DNA from: Verrucomicrobiota bacterium
GTDB lineage: Bacteria > Verrucomicrobiota > Verrucomicrobiia > Limisphaerales > JAHDYP01
Direction of reading: 5' to 3'
NCBI GenBank assembly: GCA_046047235.1
Contig: JBJOII010000003.1
Location: 8,970 to 72,969, forward strand
DNA length: 64,000 bases
A program made the translations under genes and the position numbers. The notes under the pieces were generated by a model that was not told the origin of the DNA, searched no databases, and saw nothing but the letters and a program-made list of their open reading frames with translations. Shown in pieces: positions 35,326-42,896 of the stretch (its first letter is position 1; the number at the start of each line of letters is the position of its first letter).

Positions 35326-36939
35326 CTACCCCTCCAGCTGCACCCAGCGCGCCTTCAGATGAGCCGGCTGTTGCCTCCCGGTCGGAAAATCCGGCGACTG
35401 GGTGCACGCATGCTCCAGCCCAATCCGGCGCCCGGCCCGCCGAACCGCCGCCTGTAGCTCGGCTGCAAAAACCTCCGGAGCCAAACCGGCCGCGTTCGTG
35501 GAAATAAACAGGGTCCCCCCCGGAGCCACCAGCGGCACTATCTCCTCCACCAACGCCCCCAGATGCCGCTCCACCTGAAACACCTTGCCCTTCCGGGAAC
35601 GGGAAAACGTCGGAGGATCCACCACCACCAGATCATACCTGCGCCCCTGCCGCTGCAACCGCCGCACCCACTCCATCGCATCCCCCGCAATAAAATGATG
35701 CAAACCCGGATCCAGCCCGTTCGCCTGAAAGTTCGCACGCCCCCAGTCCAGCGGACGCCGCGACAAATCCACACTCGTGGTCTCCGCTCCAGCCAGCGCA
35801 GCACAAACGGAAAAACCACAGGTGTAGGCAAAGAGATTCAGCACCCGCCCCCCAGCCATACCACCCTCCCGAACCCGGAAACCCGGCGACACGTGGTTCA
35901 CCAGCACACGTCGACGATTGTCCCGCTGGTCTGGAAACAACCCCACGGAATAACCCTCACCAAAGCGAATCTCATACCGCACGCCGTTCTCCTTCGCCTG
36001 CCAGCACTCCGGAGCCGGTTCACCCCACACCACCCTCGGCGCCAACTCCTCCCGCCCCTTGCCCTGCAAACGCCGATGCAAATGCTGCCCGTAAACCCCG
36101 CGACAACCCTGCCGGACCGCCAACCCGGTCACGGCCTCCAAATCCGCCCCCGCAAACTCCGCACGGGAATCCTCCAGCTGCCACAACAGCCAATCACCAT
36201 ACCGCTCCACCATCTGCCCCGGACAACCGTCCGCACCCCCATGCACCAGCCGGTAGATATCCGTCCGGCCCGGTTCCAGCATCGCATCGCGCAGCTCCCA
36301 CGGCCCGGCCGACTCGAACTCCGGCACCGACTCGAACTCCAGCGCCTCGCCCGTAACCGGATGCACCAGCTCCAACCGCTCCGCATGCAGACAAAGCCGG
36401 GGCACCCCAGGCCCGATGGGTAAACCGCCGTAAAGTCCGTCACCCAATACCGGCACCCCCGCCTCAGCCGCATGCACCCGCACCTGATGCGTCAACCCCG
36501 TCACCGGCCGCGCCCGCCAAGCCACCCATTCACCCTGCCCCCCCAAACACTCCAGATGCGTCACGCCCTCCGGCGACCCCGCATGCGCCGCAACCACCCG
36601 ATACCGCTCACCCGCCCGGACAATCGCACTCCGCACGGTCCGTTGATCAAATCCCACCCGCCGGTCAGTCAGAAAACGATAAAACTTGCGAACGGTCCGG
36701 CCCTCAAACTGACGGGACAACCCCTGATTCGCCTCACGGGTCTTCCCGAAAACCATCAAACCCGAAGTCTCCTTGTCCAGCCGATGCACCAAAGCCAGCC
36801 TGGCCCACCCCGGTTCGCGGTTCCTAAGCCAGTCGTAAATGCCGTCCACCCCCGCAGCAGACGCAGCATGGGTGTTCCAGCCGGATGGCTTGTTCACCAC
36901 CAACAGGTGCTCATCCTCAAACTGAATGCAGCGCAACAT
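35326..36939 (-). CDS. Fusion protein: RluA-family pseudouridine synthase (N-terminal) plus RlmI-like class I SAM-dependent RNA methyltransferase (C-terminal)
   Basis: N-terminal half has LLVVNKPSG, HRLDKETSGLMVF (catalytic Asp) and HQVRVH. C-terminal half has VLNLFAYTCGFSV and VVVDPPTFSRS. ATG at 36939 (MLRCIQF) is preferred to GTG at 36987. Confidence 0.82.
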   Translation of the reverse strand: MLRCIQFEDEHLLVVNKPSGWNTHAASAAGVDGIYDWLRNREPGWARLALVHRLDKETSGLMVFGKTREANQGLSRQFEGRTVRKFYRFLTDRRVGFDQRTVRSAIVRAGERYRVVAAHAGSPEGVTHLECLGGQGEWVAWRARPVTGLTHQVRVHAAEAGVPVLGDGLYGGLPIGPGVPRLCLHAERLELVHPVTGEALEFESVPEFESAGPWELRDAMLEPGRTDIYRLVHGGADGCPGQMVERYGDWLLWQLEDSRAEFAGADLEAVTGLAVRQGCRGVYGQHLHRRLQGKGREELAPRVVWGEPAPECWQAKENGVRYEIRFGEGYSVGLFPDQRDNRRRVLVNHVSPGFRVREGGMAGGRVLNLFAYTCGFSVCAALAGAETTSVDLSRRPLDWGRANFQANGLDPGLHHFIAGDAMEWVRRLQRQGRRYDLVVVDPPTFSRSRKGKVFQVERHLGALVEEIVPLVAPGGTLFISTNAAGLAPEVFAAELQAAVRRAGRRIGLEHACTQSPDFPTGRQQPAHLKARWVQLEG

Positions 36940-36967
36940 GCTCTCCCTCACCCCGTCCGGCTCCCCC

Positions 36968-37639
36968 TCACCAAAAGTGCCACGCACCCCGGTAAATCAC
37001 CCAGACCCCCAACAAAAAATTCGTGATGGCATGCGCCGTCATCGCGTCACCCAACCGCCCCTTCCGCAAAACCAAACCCTGATAAATCAAACCGCACACG
37101 ATCCCCGCCAGCCATTCATGATGCGCAAAGCCAAATACCAGCGACGTCACCACCAGCGCACGCAGATCGAAATGCTTCAACTCCACCCCCATAAACTCGC
37201 TCCTCACCATGTAACGGTAAAAGAAGGAGCGGTAGAAGACTTCCTCCATCGGCGGCACCACCAACGAAGACCCCAGCAGCCGCACGATCACAAAAAACCA
37301 GGCCAGCCCGCTCCCGGCACCATACACCTCATGCGGATTCCACGAGGCCTCCTCCCCCTGCATCAGCCTCGGCGCGACATCGCCCAGCCCAACCCATAAG
37401 AGAAAAACCGCAACGCCCGCCACAACGGCCTCCCAACTGAACGCCCACCGCATCTCCCGCACCCGGGGCCACATCCACCAAACCAACGCTGCACCCGCAC
37501 ACGTGCGCAATACGTAAATCCAGAAAGCCGATCCCAACCCCAGCGGCCCCTGCAAGGCCAGCGGCAGGACAAACAAAACAAAGGGAATCACCCTCACCTT
37601 GAGGGGGCTTTGTTCGAGTTTCTTAAAAATACCTGCCAT
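36968..37639 (-). CDS. CPBP-family (CAAX/Abi) intramembrane glutamic protease
   Basis: Motifs EEVFYRSF, FGFAHH and HAITNF on a multi-TM scaffold. Confidence 0.78.
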   Translation of the reverse strand: MAGIFKKLEQSPLKVRVIPFVLFVLPLALQGPLGLGSAFWIYVLRTCAGAALVWWMWPRVREMRWAFSWEAVVAGVAVFLLWVGLGDVAPRLMQGEEASWNPHEVYGAGSGLAWFFVIVRLLGSSLVVPPMEEVFYRSFFYRYMVRSEFMGVELKHFDLRALVVTSLVFGFAHHEWLAGIVCGLIYQGLVLRKGRLGDAMTAHAITNFLLGVWVIYRGAWHFW

Positions 37640-37642
37640 CAC

Positions 37643-38323
37643 CTAAAGATCCGGAAGCCGCATCTCCTGCGTGCTGCCCTGCCAGCGCAATAATACACTG
37701 CCACGCCTGATTTCCAATAACTCCACCCCCAACACCTTCTCCCCCGCCACCAGGGTCTTCCCGTTGATCATCGCCATCGGAGCTTCGCTGCGAAAGATGA
37801 TGCTCTGTAACCGCAACTCAGGCAACGGCACACTCTCCTCAACAACACCAGACACCCCATCCCTGCCACCAGACCCCTCGCCCACAGCAGCCCGGGTAAT
37901 CAAATTGGTGCTCACCCGAATCTCCGATGGCAGGGTCAGCTTCTCTGCCGCAACCGCCGGATGTGTGGTCACCCCCGCATCAGGCAGCCCGCCCGACAAG
38001 GGCTCAGGCACTACCAACGCAGCCGACGCCCCGGATTCCACAGCAGCAGGTCCCGGCACAACCGGAGCCGGCACGGAAGGCTGCACAGCAGCCGCCAGCT
38101 GAGGCTCAGCCTGCCCTTCTCCCGCACCCGCCCTGCCATCGCGCCAGAGATACCAGGCCGCCACCACAAAACACAACACCACCATCAACCCCACCCACTT
38201 GATCGCTCCTCCACCACGACCCGCCGGCTCAGGTGTCACCGGACTCAGCGGCGAAGGCAACGATGGCCTCCGCCCCTGCCCGGCCTCCCCCGCCCGTTTC
38301 AGGGCATCATGGATTAAACTCAT
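37643..38323 (-). CDS. GspB/ExeB-like single-pass membrane protein
   Basis: N-terminus MSLIHDALKRA, one TM helix, a Pro/Ala-rich linker, and a C-terminal region AMINGKTLVAGEKVLGVELLEI resembling the GspB C-domain. Its ATG overlaps the upstream stop (ATGA at 38320-38323). Confidence 0.55.
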   Translation of the reverse strand: MSLIHDALKRAGEAGQGRRPSLPSPLSPVTPEPAGRGGGAIKWVGLMVVLCFVVAAWYLWRDGRAGAGEGQAEPQLAAAVQPSVPAPVVPGPAAVESGASAALVVPEPLSGGLPDAGVTTHPAVAAEKLTLPSEIRVSTNLITRAAVGEGSGGRDGVSGVVEESVPLPELRLQSIIFRSEAPMAMINGKTLVAGEKVLGVELLEIRRGSVLLRWQGSTQEMRLPDL

Positions 38324-39135
38324 ACCGCTATCCGCCCTTCCAATTCACGCACCGCACGCGACACGGTGGCATAACCAATCCGCTCCTGCCCAGCCACATA
38401 CCCCGCAAGCAGACTCTTGTCGCAAAGCGCATTAATCAACCGCGGAATACCCCGGCTGTAAAACTGAATGCGCCACAACGCCGGCGTGGTAAACCGCGGA
38501 CGCCCACTGCCCCCGGCCGTCGCCAACCGGTGCTGAATATAGGGCTCAAGCTCATCAAACCGCATCGGATCCAAATGAAAACGCACCGTGATCCGCTGCC
38601 GCAATTGCCTCAGCCGATGCTCGTTCAATCGCGCCCGCAACTCCGGCTGGCCCAGCAAAATGATCTGCAACAGCTTGCATTCGTCTGTCTCCAGATTCGA
38701 AAGCAGCCGGATCTGCTCCAGCTGCTCCACCGTCAAATCCTGCGCCTCATCAATCACCAGGACCGCCTCCCTCCCCTCCCCATGCTGGCGTAATAAAAAC
38801 TCGTTCAGCAAATGCAGCGTCTCACGAATGGTCGCCCCAGTCTCCTTCAAGCCAAACTCAGCCGCCACCGCCGGCAGCAAATCGTTCTCCCCCAACCACG
38901 GATTCAAAATCAACGCAGTCGCAAATCCCGGCCCCAACTCGTGCAGCAATGCCCGACACAACGTCGTCTTGCCACACCCCACCTCCCCCGTCAGCTGCAC
39001 AAACCCCTTCCGCTCGCGTAAACCATAAATCAAGTGGTTGAACGCTTCGCGATGACGCGGACTGAAGTAGAGAAACCGCGGATTCGGCGCCAAATCAAAC
39101 GGCGATTCTCTCAGACCGTAAAACTCCAAATACAC
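38320..39135 (-). CDS. ExeA/GspA-like AAA ATPase
   Basis: Walker A GEVGCGKTT and Walker B VLVIDEAQ. GTG at 39135, with GAGG 5 nt upstream, gives the family-typical N-terminus (M)YLEFYGLRESPF. Alternative starts are at 39198 and 39327. Confidence 0.78.
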   Translation of the reverse strand: MYLEFYGLRESPFDLAPNPRFLYFSPRHREAFNHLIYGLRERKGFVQLTGEVGCGKTTLCRALLHELGPGFATALILNPWLGENDLLPAVAAEFGLKETGATIRETLHLLNEFLLRQHGEGREAVLVIDEAQDLTVEQLEQIRLLSNLETDECKLLQIILLGQPELRARLNEHRLRQLRQRITVRFHLDPMRFDELEPYIQHRLATAGGSGRPRFTTPALWRIQFYSRGIPRLINALCDKSLLAGYVAGQERIGYATVSRAVRELEGRIAV

Positions 39136-39340
39136 CCCGACCTCATAACCAAGTTCACGAAAACAGGCAAACGGAAGTCGCGCCCACCCCCTCGCCATTT
39201 CGATCAACCCCCGGACCGGAATCGATGGGTCGATGCCCAGTGCTATTCTTGCCCCCCGCCCCGCATTCCAACTAGGCAATAAATGCCCTTTAGGGCGAAT
39301 TGAGTTCCGTAACCTGCTCATTACCAACGCTATTTGAACT

Positions 39341-39356
39341 CGGCACTCACATTGCT
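39341..39356 (+). promoter_or_regulatory. Candidate sigma-54 promoter upstream of fliO (CGGCAC-TCACA-TTGCT)
   Basis: Matches TGGCAC-N5-TTGCW at GG (-24) and GC (-12) with exact spacing, in the exeA/fliO divergent spacer. Confidence 0.45.
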
Positions 39357-39370
39357 ACTTCACTTTCCAC

Positions 39371-39865
39371 ATGTTGCACCCCACCTCGAAATGCCTTGCG
39401 GGTTGCGGATCTGGAATCTCCAGTGGCCGCTGGGTAGCGTTCCTTCTGGTAACGCTGGCTTCCTCGCCCCTGGCCTGTCTGGGTGCCGAAGCCACCGCCA
39501 CTCCGGAGCTGCCCTCGGTGGGACCCTCCGTGGTCCGTCTGCTGGGAGCCTTTGCATTGGTGATCGCCCTGCTGCTCGGCGGGCTCTGGCTCGCCCGAAA
39601 CGGCTTTCGCTTCAATGCCCGCAACCAGAAACAACGGGAACTCAAAATCCTCGAAGTGCGCATGCTGGGACAGAAACAGTCCCTCATGGTGGTGGGCTAC
39701 CAGGACCAACGCCTGCTCCTCGGTTCATCCCCCACCGGCGTCAATTTCATCACCCGGCTGCCGGACCTCACCCCGGAGGAACAACAGGCGCTGGAAACGG
39801 CCGAGGCCCCCCCCGCCCCGTCCTTCAGCCAGGCCCTCCAACACGCCCTGGGCCAACGCGCATGA
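39371..39865 (+). CDS. fliO: Flagellar export protein FliO
   Basis: TM helix LLGAFALVIALLLGGLWLA and LKILEVRMLGQKQSLMVVGYQDQRLLLGSSPTGVNFI. Its stop overlaps the fliP ATG (ATGA). A shorter form from GTG 39518, with GGAG upstream, is plausible. Confidence 0.72.
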   Translation: MLHPTSKCLAGCGSGISSGRWVAFLLVTLASSPLACLGAEATATPELPSVGPSVVRLLGAFALVIALLLGGLWLARNGFRFNARNQKQRELKILEVRMLGQKQSLMVVGYQDQRLLLGSSPTGVNFITRLPDLTPEEQQALETAEAPPAPSFSQALQHALGQRA

Positions 39866-40719
39866 ACCGCTTCTCTCGCCAACTCACCAGCAGGCTCACC
39901 GCCTGGCTCGCGACACTGCTCCTGTTGCTGCTCACCTCAAGCAGCTTCGCCCAGCAGGCGAATCTGCCCGTGGCACCCCAACCCCCCTCCGCCCCGGCAA
40001 CACTCATCCCCCCCCTCATCATCCCCCAGGCACCCCCCACCAACGCACCCCTCACTCTCAATATCGGGGTCGAAGGCCTCAAACAACCCGAACGCATCGA
40101 TTCAGCCATCCAGATCCTCCTCATCATCACTCTGCTCAGCCTCGCCCCCTCCATCATCCTGCTCACAACCTGCTTCACCCGCATCGTCATCGTCCTCTCG
40201 TTCGTCCGCCACGCACTCTCCCTCCAAGGCTCACCCGCCAACCAGATCATCGTCGGCCTGTCGCTCTTCCTCACCATGTTCATCATGGTCCCCGTCTGGG
40301 AACGCATTAACACCGAGGCCGTCCAACCTTATCGGGAACAGACGATCACCGGTCAGGACGCACTCAACCGCGCAGCCGCCCCACTACGCGAATTCATGCT
40401 GCGTCAAAGCCGGCCCAAGGATGTGGAACTGTTCGTCAGCCTCGCCCGACTCCAACCCACCGAACCCCAGGACCTCCCGCTCAAGGTCGTCATCCCAGGC
40501 TTCATCGTCAGTGAACTGCGCACAGCCTTCCAGATGGGATTCCTGCTGTTCGTGCCGTTCATCCTCGTCGACCTCGTGGTGGCCACAGTCCTCATGAGCA
40601 TGGGTATGTTCATGATGCCACCCGTCACGCTGTCACTCCCCCTGAAACTGCTGCTCTTCGTCCTCGCAGACGGATGGAACCTGGTCGTCCGCTCAGTCGT
40701 CCTAAGCTTTGGAGGCTAA
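39862..40719 (+). CDS. fliP: Flagellar export apparatus protein FliP
   Basis: Signal peptide, then conserved LLSLAPSIILLTTCFTRIVIVLSFVRHALSLQ. The track ORF from 39334 is a shadow extension across fliO. Confidence 0.92.
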   Translation: MNRFSRQLTSRLTAWLATLLLLLLTSSSFAQQANLPVAPQPPSAPATLIPPLIIPQAPPTNAPLTLNIGVEGLKQPERIDSAIQILLIITLLSLAPSIILLTTCFTRIVIVLSFVRHALSLQGSPANQIIVGLSLFLTMFIMVPVWERINTEAVQPYREQTITGQDALNRAAAPLREFMLRQSRPKDVELFVSLARLQPTEPQDLPLKVVIPGFIVSELRTAFQMGFLLFVPFILVDLVVATVLMSMGMFMMPPVTLSLPLKLLLFVLADGWNLVVRSVVLSFGG

Positions 40720-40725
40720 ACCCAC

Positions 40726-40995
40726 ATGACTCCCGAACTGGCAATCGAACTGGTCAAATCCCTCATGTTTCAGGCCGTCACGCTCGCCCTCCCCATCCTC
40801 ATCACCGCCATGGTCGTCGGCCTCAGCATCAGCATCTTTCAGTCAGTCACGTCCATCCAGGAACAAACGCTGGCCTTCGTGCCCAAAGCCCTCGGGGTCA
40901 CCGCCATCATCGTCATTCTACTGCCCTGGCTGCTTCGCACCTCACTGGACTTCACCACCACGATCATTCAACGGCTGCCGGATATGGCCCGCTAA
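40726..40995 (+). CDS. fliQ: Flagellar export apparatus protein FliQ
   Basis: 89 aa with two TM helices, in the syntenic position between fliP and fliR. Confidence 0.9.
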   Translation: MTPELAIELVKSLMFQAVTLALPILITAMVVGLSISIFQSVTSIQEQTLAFVPKALGVTAIIVILLPWLLRTSLDFTTTIIQRLPDMAR

Positions 40996-41031
40996 AGGAC
41001 CCCCGCAACAGCCCGCAAGGAACGAAACCCC

Positions 41032-41802
41032 ATGGAGCTGATTCCAGAAGAGTGGATCACCGCATGGCTCCTGGTATTCCTGCGCACCAGCGGCATGCTG
41101 ACCGTCTTCCCGCTCTTCTCCTCCCCCGTGGTCCCTCCCCGCCTGCGCGTCGCCATCGGCTTCTTCACCGCCTCGCTGCTCGCCCCGCTCATCCCCAGCC
41201 TCCCCATCCCCGAAAGCCTCTTCCACATCATCGGCCTGATGGCGCTGGAAGTGGGAGTCGGCCTCCTGCTCGGCTTCATCTGCCGCCTGGTGTTCTTCGG
41301 CCTCGAAGTCGCCGGCGGATTAATGGGCATGGAAATGGGCCTGCAAATGGCCTTCGGCGTCAACCCGGCCACCGGTAGCCAGTCCTCCGCCCCGGGCGCC
41401 GTCCTCTACTACATGGCCATCGTCCTGTGGCTCGGCCTCGATCTACACCACTGGCTGCTCGCCGCCTTCCAACGCAGCTACCTCATCCTCCCCATCGGCG
41501 CCGCACACCTCAACCAGTTCGTGCTCGCCCATGTGCTCGCCCGCACCGGCGAACTCTTCGTCATCGCCCTCCACATCACCGCCCCCATCCTCGCCGTCTC
41601 GTTCATCATCTCCCTCGTGTTCGCCATGCTCGGACGCACAGTCCCCCAGATGAACGTGTTCTCGGAAAGCTTCGCCCTCCGGATCCTCGCCGGTCTCAGT
41701 GTGTTCGGCTTCACCTGCCAGCTCATGAGCCAGCACATCATCAACTACCTCTCACGCCTGCCAGAGGATATGCTCCTCGTCGCCCGGGCCATGACCTTCT
41801 AA
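41032..41802 (+). CDS. fliR: Flagellar export apparatus protein FliR
   Basis: 256 aa polytopic membrane protein in the syntenic position. Confidence 0.9.
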   Translation: MELIPEEWITAWLLVFLRTSGMLTVFPLFSSPVVPPRLRVAIGFFTASLLAPLIPSLPIPESLFHIIGLMALEVGVGLLLGFICRLVFFGLEVAGGLMGMEMGLQMAFGVNPATGSQSSAPGAVLYYMAIVLWLGLDLHHWLLAAFQRSYLILPIGAAHLNQFVLAHVLARTGELFVIALHITAPILAVSFIISLVFAMLGRTVPQMNVFSESFALRILAGLSVFGFTCQLMSQHIINYLSRLPEDMLLVARAMTF

Positions 41803-41806
41803 TGCC

Positions 41807-42895
41807 ATGAGCCAGCACGACCAAGGGGACAAGACCGAGCAACCGACACAGCGCAAGCTGGACGATGCAGTCAAAAAGGGCCAGATCGCACGCAGCACCG
41901 AGATCCAAACGGTCTTCGTCCTCGGCGGCGGCTTCATGGCCCTGCTCATGAGCGGCCAGGAAACCTGGCGACTCTTCCATGGCGCATTCACCGGAGTCCT
42001 CGGCCACCTCCATGAACTCCCGATCTCCACCCAGGGCAGCCGCGAACAGCTCGCCAACGCCATCATCACGCTCTCCCGCTGCCTCGGCCCCGTCATCATC
42101 GCCACCCTCGTCGGCGCCCTCCTCGCCGGTAGTATCCAAACCCGCTTCCGCACTACCTCCGAAAACCTCGCCCTCAACTGGAACCGCATCAACCCCGCAG
42201 AAGGCTTCAAACGCCTCTTCTCCACCAAAGGCCTCATCACCTCCGGAGTCGCCCTCCTCAAACTCTCAGTCATCATCGCCCTCACCTACGGCGTCGTGAA
42301 GGAAACGCTCTTCGACCCCATCTTCTACTCCGCCGTCGGACTGGAAAGAATTGCCGCCTTCATGGCAAGCGCTGCCTTCCGTATCGTCATCCGCGTCCTC
42401 CTCGCCCTCTGCCTGATCGCCGTCCTCGATTACGCCTACCAACACTACAAAACCAATAAAGACCTCATGATGACTAAACAAGAGGTCAAGGATGAACATA
42501 AGAACCAGGAAGGTGACCCCCTGCTCAAAGCCCAGCAGAAGGCACGTCGCCGCCAGGCTTCATTCCGCAAAATGATGTCAGATGTCCCTCAGGCCGATGT
42601 AGTTATAACAAATCCAACCCGCCTCGCCATCGCGATCCGCTACGACCGCCGCACCATGCGCGCCCCCCAAATCATCGCCAAAGGCTCCCGCCTGAACGCC
42701 AAGAAAATCCGCGAAATCGCCAAACAACACGGCATCCCCATCGTGGAAAACAAACCCCTGGCCCGACTCATGTTCAAATACGGAAAAGTGGGTGGCGAGG
42801 TTCCTGCTCAGCTCTATGCCGCCGTGGCGGAAGTACTCGCCTGGGTCTATCGCGTGAATGCCTATCGCTATCATAAGGAAGGAGCCCTGACGTAA
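41807..42895 (+). CDS. flhB: Flagellar export switch protein FlhB
   Basis: N-terminal KTEQPTQRKL, four TM helices, and a C-terminal domain with the autocleavage site reading NPTR (42611-42622) instead of NPTH. Confidence 0.92.
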   Translation: MSQHDQGDKTEQPTQRKLDDAVKKGQIARSTEIQTVFVLGGGFMALLMSGQETWRLFHGAFTGVLGHLHELPISTQGSREQLANAIITLSRCLGPVIIATLVGALLAGSIQTRFRTTSENLALNWNRINPAEGFKRLFSTKGLITSGVALLKLSVIIALTYGVVKETLFDPIFYSAVGLERIAAFMASAAFRIVIRVLLALCLIAVLDYAYQHYKTNKDLMMTKQEVKDEHKNQEGDPLLKAQQKARRRQASFRKMMSDVPQADVVITNPTRLAIAIRYDRRTMRAPQIIAKGSRLNAKKIREIAKQHGIPIVENKPLARLMFKYGKVGGEVPAQLYAAVAEVLAWVYRVNAYRYHKEGALT

Positions 42896-42896
42896 T

